Counted from the first letter of the stretch, positions 44,550 through 53,637 are shown. The stretch: DNA of 64,000 nt from Anaerolineae bacterium (GCA_016783145.1 JADHXD010000004.1:5736-69735), one strand, 5' to 3'. The notes: a model not told the origin generated them from the sequence alone. Numbers and translations are program-made.

Positions 44550-46151
44550 CTACAGGACCCCTCCCAGGTTCCAGGGACAGAACTCGGCTTCGCCGATGCC
44601 CTGCGCTTCGCTCTTGGAGGGCTGTCCCGAGGCGACAGCGAGGATCAGCTCGAATAGCTCCGCTGCCATGTCGTTGATGTCTGTTCCCTCCAATACACGG
44701 CCTGCGTTCAGATCCATGTCGTCCGCCATCCGCTCAAAGGTGGTCGAGTTGCTGCAGACCTTGAGCGTGGGGGCTGGCTTGAAGCCGAACGCAGACCCGC
44801 GCCCCGTCGTAAACACCACCAGGTTGCACCCACCAGCTACCTGACCCGTCACCGAGATCCAGTCGTTGCCCGGTGCGTTCATAAAGGTAAACCCTCGGGC
44901 GACCACCGGTTCGGCATACTCGTACACACCGTTGAGCGGGGTACTGCCTGCCTTGGCGACCGCGCCCAGCGATTTTTCATAGATGGTGGTCAACCCTCCG
45001 GCTTTGTTGCCAGGAGTGGGATTGTTGTCGAGATCGATGCCCAGGCGCTGGGTGTACTCCTCCCACCAACGCACCTGCCCCATCAGTTTCCGGCCGACCT
45101 CGGCGTTGATCGCACGGCGCGTGAGGATCGGCTCAGCGCCATAGATCTCGGGCGTCTCGGCCAGCACGATCGTGCCTCCCTGCTCGACGAGCCGGTCAGC
45201 AGCCAGCCCCACCGAGGGGTTGGCCGTCACCCCAGACCAACTGTCGCTGCCGCCGCACTGCAGGGCCACCATCAGCCCGGACAGCGGCTGAGGCGCGCGC
45301 TGCTCGGCATTCACCACGGGCAGCAGCTCTTTGACCGCGGCGATCCCGGCCTGAACGGTCTTGCGAACACCGCCCAGATCTTGGATCACCAGACCCAGAG
45401 GCGGGCGTGACACTGGATCTTGGTCCAGGCGGTAGTTCTCGATCAGGTAACTGATCTGATTGCCCTCACATCCCAAGCCCACAAGCACATAAGCTCCCAC
45501 GTTGGGATGACGCGCCATGCCGGCCAGGGTGCGCTGAAGCAAGACATAGTCCTGCCCGCCGATCTTGAGGCTGCAGCCAGAGCTATGGGTCAGCGCGATC
45601 ACCCCGTCCACATTGCTGTAAGGCGCCAGGCGCTCCGCCGTGAAATGGCGGGCGATCTCGCGCGCGGCGTGCGCGGAGCAGTTCACCGTCGAGATAATGG
45701 CGATGTAGTTGCGAGTGCCGACCCGGCCATCCGCTCGCAGATATCCTGGGAACGTGCGCCGTTGGCTCTCCGGGACGTAGGAAACCGGGCGCACGTCCAC
45801 GCCAAAGGCGTAATCCCGGGCAAACCCCTTGAAATCCAGATTGTGTGTGTGAATGTGCTCGCCCGCCAAGATGGGCCGGCTGGCAAACCCGATGGTCTGG
45901 CCATAGCGGCGCACCGACTCGCCGGCGGCGAGTTCCTGCAGAGCGATCTTGTGGCCGCTGGGGATCAGTTGGCGCACGGGCACCTGGACCGGGCCTGCTC
46001 CCACGGCACTTTGGGCGAGGATCGTGCCCTCTTGGAGGTCGATCTTGGCGATCGCTACGTCATCCAGCGGCGAGAGACGCAGGGCAACCTGTTCAAGCGG
46101 AACAGCGCCCCTGGAAAGGTCCAGGATAGGACGATTGTCATCAGTGTGCAT
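44550..46151 (-). CDS. UxaA-family sugar-acid dehydratase (altronate/galactarate dehydratase-like)
   Basis: ORF 44550..46151. The N-terminus is SAF-like (VALRLSPLDDVAIAKIDLQEGTIL). The remainder is a UxaA/GarD-type C-terminal region (LVGLGCEGNQ, VVFTTGRGSAFG). Confidence 0.9.
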   Translation of the reverse strand: MHTDDNRPILDLSRGAVPLEQVALRLSPLDDVAIAKIDLQEGTILAQSAVGAGPVQVPVRQLIPSGHKIALQELAAGESVRRYGQTIGFASRPILAGEHIHTHNLDFKGFARDYAFGVDVRPVSYVPESQRRTFPGYLRADGRVGTRNYIAIISTVNCSAHAAREIARHFTAERLAPYSNVDGVIALTHSSGCSLKIGGQDYVLLQRTLAGMARHPNVGAYVLVGLGCEGNQISYLIENYRLDQDPVSRPPLGLVIQDLGGVRKTVQAGIAAVKELLPVVNAEQRAPQPLSGLMVALQCGGSDSWSGVTANPSVGLAADRLVEQGGTIVLAETPEIYGAEPILTRRAINAEVGRKLMGQVRWWEEYTQRLGIDLDNNPTPGNKAGGLTTIYEKSLGAVAKAGSTPLNGVYEYAEPVVARGFTFMNAPGNDWISVTGQVAGGCNLVVFTTGRGSAFGFKPAPTLKVCSNSTTFERMADDMDLNAGRVLEGTDINDMAAELFELILAVASGQPSKSEAQGIGEAEFCPWNLGGVL

Positions 46152-46174
46152 CGAATTCTGCTTCCTCCGTCACT

Positions 46175-46201
46175 AAATGGTAACCGTCTGGTTACCGATT
46201 T
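46175..46201. promoter_or_regulatory. Palindromic operator-like site upstream of the UxaA-family gene
   Basis: AAAT-GGTAACC-GTCT-GGTTACC-GATTT. The perfect 7-4-7 inverted repeat spans 46179-46196. It lies 28 nt upstream of ATG 46151 and about 25 nt from the flp -35 element. Confidence 0.5.
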
Positions 46202-46225
46202 AACGCATCTTTCACGCATAAACGC

Positions 46226-46254
46226 TTGCAAAAAACCTGGTTCTGGGGTATAAT
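46226..46254 (+). promoter_or_regulatory. Sigma70-type promoter for the flp pilin gene
   Basis: TTGCAA (46226-46231), 17 nt, then TATAAT (46249-46254). Confidence 0.6.
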
Positions 46255-46328
46255 GAGACCAGTCTTGAATAGAGGTGCGGTTGAGCAATTCCTCTATTAA
46301 TCTTTTAGACAGAAGGAGGTGAGACACA

Positions 46329-46475
46329 ATGTTGTTCCTTCCGCGTGAAGAGGGCCAGGGCCTGGTCGAGTATGCTCTGATCTTGGTGCTGGTCGCCATC
46401 GTGGTGATTGCTATCCTGCTTCTGCTGGGCCCGATCATCGGCAACATCTTCTCCAACATCATCAGCAGCATCTAG
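46329..46475 (+). CDS. flp: Flp/Fap-family type IVb (Tad) prepilin, 48 aa
   Basis: Not in the ORF track because it is shorter than 60 aa. AAGGAGGTGAG lies upstream of ATG 46329. My translation is MLFLPREEGQGLVEYALILVLVAIVVIAILLLLGPIIGNIFSNIISSI*. It contains the G/xxxxEY processing motif (EEG|QGLVEY) followed by a hydrophobic helix. Confidence 0.8.
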   Translation: MLFLPREEGQGLVEYALILVLVAIVVIAILLLLGPIIGNIFSNIISSI

Positions 46476-46521
46476 CCCATCATCACCACATTCATCAGAA
46501 GTGATAGTGATCCATTCATTA

Positions 46522-46552
46522 GAGAAGCCCCTTACGGGGCTTCTCGCCTTTT
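46522..46552 (+). terminator. Intrinsic terminator after flp
   Basis: GAGAAGCCCC-TTAC-GGGGCTTCTC is a perfect 10-bp stem, followed by GCCTTTT. Confidence 0.75.
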
Positions 46553-46645
46553 CCGCTATGTTGCCGACAGCTCCCCAACGTGCAGCCGCCTGTGCACCAC
46601 CCTCCCCCGACCCCCTGAACTGATTCCGACACAGCCAAGCAGACT

Positions 46646-47581
46646 TTACCGCAGCGCGCGGAGGACATCCTCTGCGATCAGCGCTCCGGTGAGACGATGC
46701 TTCTCGAGCAGCTCATCGGCCAGTCCAGACTCACCGAATTCGTCTCGCACGCCGAGACGAAGCAGAGGCGGCGTGCCCGCGCTCTCGGCGAGGACCTCGG
46801 CAAGAGCGCTGCCCAGCCCCCCGATGATGCTGTGCTCCTCAATGCTCACAAGCAGTGTCGCTTCGCTCGCCGCCGCCCGCACTGCCTCCTCGTCCAGCGG
46901 CTTGATCGTCGAGACGTTGACCACCTTGGCCTCGACCCGAATCTTTGCCAGTGCGTCTGCGGCGTCCAGCGCTTTCCAGACCATGTGCCCGGTGGCAAAG
47001 ATGGCGACGTCACCGCCTTCCCGCAGGGTCGCCGCCTTGCCGATCTCGAACTGGTATCCTTTGCCCACCACGCGCGGCACCGGATAGCGACCCAGGCGCA
47101 TGTAGACAGGCCCAGGCCAGTCGGCGATGGCCCAGGTCGCCTGGCGGGTCTCCATATCATCCGCCGGCGAGACCACCACCACGTTGGGCAAGCCACGCAT
47201 GATAGACACATCCTCCAGTGACTGGTGACTGGCCCCATCTGGCCCTTGCGTCAGGCCTGCGCTGGAGCCGATCAGCTTCACCGGCAGGGAAGGATAGGCG
47301 ATCTGGATGCGAATGGGCATGTAGCAGATGCCGGTGATAAATATCGCAAAGCTGTTGCAGTATGGGATCAACCCTGTCGCAGCCATACCCGCCGCCGTGC
47401 TGACCATGTCCGCTTCAGAGATACCGATGTCCAGGAACCGCTCAGGGAAGGCATCTCGAAAGAGGACCGTGCGCGTCGACTTGTACAGGTCCGAATCGAG
47501 AACAACGACCTCCTGTCGCTTCGCACCGAGCTCTAGCAGCGCCTCGCCGTACGCATAACGCGTCTGGATCATCTCCACCAT
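46646..47581 (-). CDS. Transketolase, C-terminal (pyrimidine-binding) subunit of a split enzyme
   Basis: ORF 46646..47581. RYAYGEALLELG...FLDIGISEADMVSTAAGMA. Confidence 0.92.
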   Translation of the reverse strand: MVEMIQTRYAYGEALLELGAKRQEVVVLDSDLYKSTRTVLFRDAFPERFLDIGISEADMVSTAAGMAATGLIPYCNSFAIFITGICYMPIRIQIAYPSLPVKLIGSSAGLTQGPDGASHQSLEDVSIMRGLPNVVVVSPADDMETRQATWAIADWPGPVYMRLGRYPVPRVVGKGYQFEIGKAATLREGGDVAIFATGHMVWKALDAADALAKIRVEAKVVNVSTIKPLDEEAVRAAASEATLLVSIEEHSIIGGLGSALAEVLAESAGTPPLLRLGVRDEFGESGLADELLEKHRLTGALIAEDVLRALR

Positions 47582-47582
47582 C

Positions 47583-48431
47583 CTAGTTGTCCTCCAGTCG
47601 TGCGAGCACAGCCTCTAATTCATCGACGGCTCGCTCGAATTGCTCTTCGTCCATAGGAGCATTGTGGAAACCTGCCTGGCCCTCCACAAAAGAGACTCCC
47701 TTTCCCTTGACCGTATTGGCGATGATCATGCTCGGCTGCTCCCTCTGCTCATCTGCCCAGTCCAGCGCGCGACAGATCGCCGACAGGTCGTGACCGTCGA
47801 TCTCGGTGACGGCCCAACCAAAGCTGGCCCAGCGATCCGACAGCGGGTTGAGAGGCTTGCTGCACTCGGTCTCATCCATCGCCTTTAGCCCATTCCGGTC
47901 GATGATCGCCACGACACTGCCCAGGCAGTGCTGAGCTGCCGTCATCGCGGCCTCCCAGACCTGTCCCTCCTGCAGCTCCCCATCCCCCAGCAGGCAGTAG
48001 ACATTGTACGAGAGGCCAAGCACTCGACCTGCAAGCGCCATCCCGTTGGCGTATGAAAGCCCCTCGCCCAGTGCGCCCGTGCATCCCTCCAGGCCGGGGG
48101 TCTCCTGCATCGCAGGGTGGCCCTGAAGCCGGCTTCCAAGGCGTTTCAATGTCGGCAGTTCTTCCAGCGGGATGACGCCCAGCATAGCCAGGGCCGCATA
48201 CTGAGCGGGCACCGAATGACCCTTGCTCATGATGAAGCGATCTCGCTCTGCCCACTGGGGGTTGCCCGGGTCATAGCGCATCTTGTAAAAGTAGAGCGCT
48301 GTGATGATGTCCGTCGACGACAGCGAGCCACCAAAGTGGTGTGCCTTGTGCGTGCCCATCATCGTAACGATGTGCAGACGCATCTCCGCTGCCAACCGAC
48401 GCAGCCGTACAAGTTCCTCTGTGGTGATCAT
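47583..48431 (-). CDS. Transketolase, N-terminal (TPP-binding) subunit of a split enzyme
   Basis: ORF 47583..48431. HFGGSLSSTDIITALYF...SKGHSVPAQYAAL...LGDGELQEGQVWEA. Confidence 0.92.
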   Translation of the reverse strand: MITTEELVRLRRLAAEMRLHIVTMMGTHKAHHFGGSLSSTDIITALYFYKMRYDPGNPQWAERDRFIMSKGHSVPAQYAALAMLGVIPLEELPTLKRLGSRLQGHPAMQETPGLEGCTGALGEGLSYANGMALAGRVLGLSYNVYCLLGDGELQEGQVWEAAMTAAQHCLGSVVAIIDRNGLKAMDETECSKPLNPLSDRWASFGWAVTEIDGHDLSAICRALDWADEQREQPSMIIANTVKGKGVSFVEGQAGFHNAPMDEEQFERAVDELEAVLARLEDN

Positions 48432-48493
48432 GAATGCCTCCCGTTGCCTCTATGCTGCGGGCCACCCCCATCCACCAAGCGGACGCAACCCGT

Positions 48494-48539
48494 GACAAAA
48501 CCTGATCGTGGGCGGTCAGCCAAGACCGCGCCGCCCACG
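48494..48539 (-). terminator. Terminator-like hairpin after the URO-D-family gene
   Basis: The minus strand reads CGTGGGCGG, 15 nt, CCGCCCACG, then ATCAGGTTTTGT. Confidence 0.45.
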
Positions 48540-48625
48540 ACGTCCACATCTCAGCGGCTCGCCGAGGGAAAACCGTCCACCTTGATCCAACGCCCTACTC
48601 GCCGGTACTCCTCCACAAGCGCTGC

Positions 48626-49768
48626 TCATGCCAGCGCCTGGGGACGAATCGGATACGCGCCATAGTCCCTGGTGGCCTGGCGTGCGGCGAGATAGTTACC
48701 CAGCTTGGTGCCCGGTTGCAGCACATTTCCGGTGGTGACCACCAGCCCACCCCCTGGTGCAGCGTGCTGAATCGCATAGCGCACCTCGGCCCGGGCCTCT
48801 GCCGGGGTGCCCTCGACCAGCGTTTCGCAGTTGACCCCGCCAAAGAAGCACAGCCTGTCCCCGTAGCGCTCCTTGAGGGTGCACAGATCCATACCGATGC
48901 TGGGCTGGATGCCGTGCCAGCCGTCGACCCCGGCCTCGACCAGCGCGTCGAGGATGCTCCACACATTCCCGTCGGTGTGCTTGATAAAGTACCCTCCACG
49001 CGCGTGGATGGCCTGGGACTGGCGCACGATGCCGGGCAGAACGAACTCCCGGAAACGGCCCGGACCCATCACAGGGCCCCGGTTGCTCGAGTAGTCATCC
49101 GTCGTCATGATGGCATCGCAGCCCGCGTCAAGCATCGCCTCGATGTAGGCGATGGAGCGACTGACGTAGGCATCGATAGCCCACCGGACAAACTCTGGAT
49201 CGGTAACCATGCGGATCAGAAAACCTTCCATCCCCACGGTTTCCTGAAAGGGAAACGTACCATCCACAGGAGAACGCCCGATGATAAAGTGGGTATCCCC
49301 CAGCTCACGGACCACGTGCCGAACGGCCTCCAGCTCGGACGGATCCACCGAGACAGGCTCCTCTGGATCGGGCAGGTCGTCAAGGGTCATCTCGGACATC
49401 CCCACGGGGGTGGCGATGTTGCCCGACTCGGGATGGTACCGGATCTCGCGCCCCCGCTCGTCCAGCCAGGAATAAGGACCGGTCATCACCGGCCGATGTA
49501 CCGCTCGATCCGGTGGGACCACCGGCACCCGCACATAGTCCCACTCCAGGGCACGCACCAACTCGACGTGAGCGGTGCCATAGTCGGCTACGATTTCGGC
49601 GCGGCGTCCATCCCACAGAGCCTGTCGCTCGCGCCAGCGAGAGTTGTACAACGTCGCATGGCCCAGGATACGCTCCACCAGCTCATAGTCGACGGCGTTT
49701 TCTCCGGTCGGTACGTGGTCCGGCTCCTCGTGGTTGATCGCGGCGATCACGCGTTGTTTGGGCAGCAT
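48626..49768 (-). CDS. Uroporphyrinogen-decarboxylase-fold family protein (MtaA/CmuA-like), substrate unknown
   Basis: ORF 48626..49885. ATG 49768 follows AGAGGAGG. The length and blocks (IMTTDDYSSNRGPVM, FIKHTDGNVWSILDALVEAGVDGWHGIQP) fit the URO-D fold family as I remember it. Confidence 0.8.
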   Translation of the reverse strand: MLPKQRVIAAINHEEPDHVPTGENAVDYELVERILGHATLYNSRWRERQALWDGRRAEIVADYGTAHVELVRALEWDYVRVPVVPPDRAVHRPVMTGPYSWLDERGREIRYHPESGNIATPVGMSEMTLDDLPDPEEPVSVDPSELEAVRHVVRELGDTHFIIGRSPVDGTFPFQETVGMEGFLIRMVTDPEFVRWAIDAYVSRSIAYIEAMLDAGCDAIMTTDDYSSNRGPVMGPGRFREFVLPGIVRQSQAIHARGGYFIKHTDGNVWSILDALVEAGVDGWHGIQPSIGMDLCTLKERYGDRLCFFGGVNCETLVEGTPAEARAEVRYAIQHAAPGGGLVVTTGNVLQPGTKLGNYLAARQATRDYGAYPIRPQALA

Positions 49769-49797
49769 AGCGTACGCCTCCTCTCTATACGGAGCGA

Positions 49798-49826
49798 ATT
49801 GTACTCGAAACCCCGGCCAGGCGCAA
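49798..49826 (-). promoter_or_regulatory. Sigma70-type promoter for the URO-D-family gene
   Basis: The minus strand reads TTGCGC, 17 nt, then TACAAT. Confidence 0.5.
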
Positions 49827-49955
49827 GACCCGACGTCCTCCCCCCACAGCGAACGGGCGGGGTATACGTACCCCACCCGCCCCATGTTGCGCCGCCCATC
49901 GGCCCGGCGGCTGTCTGCCGGACCCCTTTCCGCGACAGCCCGGTTCTACCGCCGG

Positions 49956-50852
49956 TCAGAGAAGAGCCGTGCTAAAGTACCGCTCTGCCCGGTCGGGCAG
50001 GATGGTGACCACTCTGTTACGCCCGTTGTCCACGTGCAACGCCGCAAATACATTGGCCCCGGACGACGTGCCCACGAGCAGTCCTTCCTTTCTGGACAGC
50101 GCGCGCGTCGTTTCGATCGCCTCCTCGTCGGTAACGGTAAAGACCATGTCCACGAGGTGGATATCCAGCACATCAGGGACAAAGCCATCCCCGATGCCCT
50201 GGATCTGGTGAAGCCCCGGCTCTCTCCCCAACAGGGCAGCACTGTTCTTGGGCTCCACCGCGACGATCTTGACCTCTGGCTTTTTCTCTTTCAGGAACGT
50301 ACCAATGCCCTGAAGGGTACCGCCGCTCCCCACTCCAGCCACAAAGATATCGATCTCGCCGTCCAGATCGCGCCAGATCTCAGGGCCAGTCTGCTGATAG
50401 TGAATCTCGGGGTTGTGCGGATTCGCGAACTGGTTGGCCACAAAGTACGCGTCCGGGTCTGCCTGGGTCATATCCCGCATTCGTTTCAGACAGCCCGGCA
50501 GGCTCTCCTCTGCAGCGGTGAACAACGTTTCCCCTCCAAAGGCCTCGATGATCTTTTTCCGCTCCTCGCTAACGTTCGCTGGCATGATGCAGACGACGCG
50601 ATACCCCTTTCGCACGCCCACCAGAGTCAGCCCGATCCCTGTATTCCCAGAGGTCGCCTCGACAATGGTCATGCCGGGCACAAGTACCCCCTCTTTTTCG
50701 GCCGACTCGATGATCTGCTTGGCAACCCGGTCCTTGATGCTTCCGCCGGGATTCAGGAATTCGGCCTTGGCAAACACGTTGCCAGAAGAGAGGCTCCTCA
50801 ATCGAAGCAGGGGAACATCCCCAATGGCATCTATAATGGAATCGATCAACAT
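49956..50852 (-). CDS. cysK: Cysteine synthase A (O-acetylserine sulfhydrylase)
   Basis: ORF 49956..50852. NPGGSIKDRVA carries the PLP lysine. TSGNTGIGL and GVGSGGTLQG are also present. Confidence 0.93.
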   Translation of the reverse strand: MLIDSIIDAIGDVPLLRLRSLSSGNVFAKAEFLNPGGSIKDRVAKQIIESAEKEGVLVPGMTIVEATSGNTGIGLTLVGVRKGYRVVCIMPANVSEERKKIIEAFGGETLFTAAEESLPGCLKRMRDMTQADPDAYFVANQFANPHNPEIHYQQTGPEIWRDLDGEIDIFVAGVGSGGTLQGIGTFLKEKKPEVKIVAVEPKNSAALLGREPGLHQIQGIGDGFVPDVLDIHLVDMVFTVTDEEAIETTRALSRKEGLLVGTSSGANVFAALHVDNGRNRVVTILPDRAERYFSTALL

Positions 50853-50968
50853 GCGGTCCTCCTACATCCGACGACCCGTGCTCTGCCACGCCATCCAAAC
50901 ACGGATCGCCGACGAACATCGAATGTGCGTCCCGGTCGCACGCGAATCATAGCGACGACCGAGAGCGC

Positions 50969-50997
50969 ATGATACCACAAATTCGGATCCAACACAA
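50969..50997 (-). promoter_or_regulatory. Sigma70-type promoter for cysK
   Basis: The minus strand reads TTGTGT, 17 nt, then TGgTATCAT. The leader is about 110 nt. Confidence 0.5.
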
Positions 50998-51084
50998 CGC
51001 GGCCCTCGCTGGTGCTCCCAGCAAGGGCCGCGTAGGTTTGCCTGGCCCTCAGGTCTCGGCCCAGCGCGGGCCGCTGCCTGACTG

Positions 51085-53637
51085 CTATCGGCCCATCCGG
51101 AACCGAGCCAGGACGGCATCGTGGTCAGAGCTGCCTCGGGCGGTATGGACTACGTCCCCCCACTGGGCCGGGTAGTCGGCGTTGATGTGCACGACCTCGA
51201 TTCCCGCGAACTCTTTCCCCAGGTCGGGGCTGATCAGCAGGTGGTCCAGCACCTGCGAGACCCCCTGGTAGACGTAGGTATAGCGCTCCGCTTGGTCCAC
51301 CTCAGACAGCAGGTTTTCCAGGCCAGCGTCGGTCAACTCCTTCAGAGGTTGGGCATCCATGTAGTCGTTCAGATCCCCCAGGACGATAATGTCAGCACCC
51401 GGATCGGAGGCCAGGATCTCCTGCGTCAACCCGGCGACAAACATTGCCTGTTCGATCCGTCTGGGCAGAGTATATTGGATGTCTGGCGTGTCGTTGGTCT
51501 TGGACTTCCAGTGGTTGACGATCACCCACAATTCCTGAGTCCGGCCCTTGCCCTTGCCCCCACTGGCACTTTGCACCTCTAGCTGCACTACCAACGGCGG
51601 ACGGGAGAAGAGACGATTGCCATCGAGCTCCCCGTCGCCGTCCGCGTCACAGGTGACCTCGTTGTACGGATCCAACACATCATAGTTGCCATCGGGGCCC
51701 AGGCCATCAACGCGCGTAGTACATCCCTGCCGCTGTTTGCCGCTCAGCACGGTGACCCGATCCTCCTGGTAGAGCAAGCCGACGTCGATCCCGCGGCTGT
51801 CCGGGCCCTCGACGAGCAAGACGCCATAGGCTGCCTCGATCTCGGGTTGGGCTGCCAGATCCTCCAGCACAGCCGCGTTCTCGACCTCCTGCACGCCGAT
51901 CAGGGTCGGTTCGCGCAGCTCGTCGTGGATCGCTTCAGCGAGCTTGTCCAGCTTGCGCGCATAGTCCTCGTCGGAGAGGACCGTGTCCTCCCCCGGATCA
52001 TTGACCGTGTCAAACAGGTTCTCCAGATTGAACGTGGCGACAGTGAACTCGGCCGGCTTGAGGGCCAGCTCGTTCCACAGGTGCTCAAATGCGGCCACGT
52101 CCCGTCCGGTCACCCTGCCGTCACCGTTCAGGTCCGCCTCGGGGGGCGCGGGAGGCACCTTGCTGTTGAGATGGTGCTGGATGAACGCCTTGTCGTCCAG
52201 GTCCACATCCCCGTCGCCATCGGCATCGCCGTACTTGGGCGGATCGGGCGCCTCATCCACGGTTGGCCGGGCGGTGAGCTGCATCTTGTACGCACCAAAG
52301 GTATAGTCGAGGGCGCCGATCAAGCCCGACACCCGGTCGCCCACCTTGACCTCCGGATCGATCTCGAACAGGCCGCTGTCATCCACGCCGACGATCACCC
52401 CAGTGCCCGTTGGATCGGTGTGAAAGACGCGCTCCAGGCCCAGGTCCCCCCGCACAACCCAACTTTCGTCGTAGCTATCGGTTGGACCGACGACGACGGC
52501 ATCGTCCATCTTGACGTACATCCCCTCAAGCCGCTCAAAGTAGAGGCTCGACTCGGCGTTGTCAAAAGGAGGATCCAGGTCGAATGGCGCAGGGAGGTCT
52601 CTGCCGCGGGAGAGCACGGTAATGCCGCTGGCGCTGATCTGAGTGGCGTCATAGTACTCGCCCACTGTCCCGCGCACCTCCACGAGGTCCCCCGCACTGA
52701 CGGCACCCGCCCCGGACCCGACGTAGACAAAGATGCCGTCGGATGTGTCTGGGGGCTCCGGGTGGCCGCCACAGTCCTCGTCCTCGTCCTGGATGTAGAA
52801 CCCCCGTTTGCCCCTCTCGTCCAGGTCGGCATAGACGACGCCCTGCGTACGCACGAGCTCTCCCACATACTCAGACGTCCAACCAGAGCCCTGGATCTCG
52901 CAGATGCTCCGCATCGGGACTTCGGGGCCTCCGGGGACGCACGCCACCAGCTCCGCGCCCAGATCGGCAGGATCAGGCGAGCCGGTGGACCAATTCCCCG
53001 CCAGGTCCATTTGGATGCTCAAACCATCGTCGGCGCCCACCACATGTGGATCGGGTGCCATGCCTGTCTCGTCGATCAGGCCGTTGTCGTTATGCTGGCC
53101 ATAGATCACCGCGTCCATAGGTACCGTGCCCGGTGTGACCTGGTCGGCGGGGACGTTGAATAGGGCCACGCCGCCGGCCGTGCTGCCCGAGTTCTGAAAG
53201 TCGGGATGAAAGTTGTATTCGGCGCTGTAGGTGGGTCCCCCGTTGATCTCGCCGCTATACGGACCGCCGACGATGTAGTACGTTCCAGACAAGATCTCGC
53301 CGCAGAGTGGAACGAGGCTGTGGGTATAGTCGCTGCCGCCGTTGCCCAGGCTCCAGGACGAGAGATCGACCGCGCTGTCGCCCCGGTTGTAGAGCTCCAC
53401 CCACTCCCAGCCGTCGTCACTGCCACTGCCAAGTACGTCGTAGAACACCTCGGTGATGATCACATCGGGAGCGATGACATCGCTATCTCCCTTGCGATTG
53501 CTGGACCCTTCGACATACTCGGAGAAGAACTCTGCGGGGACTGCCCTCGCCCAACTCGGGCTCATCAAAAACGTGGTTGAAAGAAGGACCGAAACCAGAA
53601 CAACCCTTAGCTTGCCCAATGTGACATGCCTGAACAT
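51085..53637 (-). CDS. Secreted nuclease of ExeM/NucH type, with a lamin-tail domain, a dockerin-like Ca-binding repeat pair and an endonuclease/exonuclease/phosphatase domain
   Basis: ORF 51085..53637 with a signal peptide. LTD: VIITEVFYD...WEWVELYNRGDSAVDLSSWSL. Dockerin-like: GDADGDGDVDLDD...DLNGDGRVTGRDV. EEP: FTVATFNLENLF...GDLND...SSDHDAVLARF. Confidence 0.85.
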   Translation of the reverse strand: MFRHVTLGKLRVVLVSVLLSTTFLMSPSWARAVPAEFFSEYVEGSSNRKGDSDVIAPDVIITEVFYDVLGSGSDDGWEWVELYNRGDSAVDLSSWSLGNGGSDYTHSLVPLCGEILSGTYYIVGGPYSGEINGGPTYSAEYNFHPDFQNSGSTAGGVALFNVPADQVTPGTVPMDAVIYGQHNDNGLIDETGMAPDPHVVGADDGLSIQMDLAGNWSTGSPDPADLGAELVACVPGGPEVPMRSICEIQGSGWTSEYVGELVRTQGVVYADLDERGKRGFYIQDEDEDCGGHPEPPDTSDGIFVYVGSGAGAVSAGDLVEVRGTVGEYYDATQISASGITVLSRGRDLPAPFDLDPPFDNAESSLYFERLEGMYVKMDDAVVVGPTDSYDESWVVRGDLGLERVFHTDPTGTGVIVGVDDSGLFEIDPEVKVGDRVSGLIGALDYTFGAYKMQLTARPTVDEAPDPPKYGDADGDGDVDLDDKAFIQHHLNSKVPPAPPEADLNGDGRVTGRDVAAFEHLWNELALKPAEFTVATFNLENLFDTVNDPGEDTVLSDEDYARKLDKLAEAIHDELREPTLIGVQEVENAAVLEDLAAQPEIEAAYGVLLVEGPDSRGIDVGLLYQEDRVTVLSGKQRQGCTTRVDGLGPDGNYDVLDPYNEVTCDADGDGELDGNRLFSRPPLVVQLEVQSASGGKGKGRTQELWVIVNHWKSKTNDTPDIQYTLPRRIEQAMFVAGLTQEILASDPGADIIVLGDLNDYMDAQPLKELTDAGLENLLSEVDQAERYTYVYQGVSQVLDHLLISPDLGKEFAGIEVVHINADYPAQWGDVVHTARGSSDHDAVLARFRMGR

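Noticed and set aside
48716-49975. 419-aa plus-strand ORF
   Set aside because: It is antisense to the URO-D-fold gene and the cysK 3' end. It is Arg/His/Pro-rich, has no RBS and has no recognisable motifs.
52100-52260. Dockerin-like repeats as evidence of a cellulosome
   Set aside because: This is a single module in a nuclease. There are no cohesin or scaffoldin genes in the window. It is kept only as a domain observation.
51847-53163. 438-aa plus-strand ORF
   Set aside because: It is antisense to the LTD-EEP nuclease gene. It is a shadow ORF in high-GC DNA.
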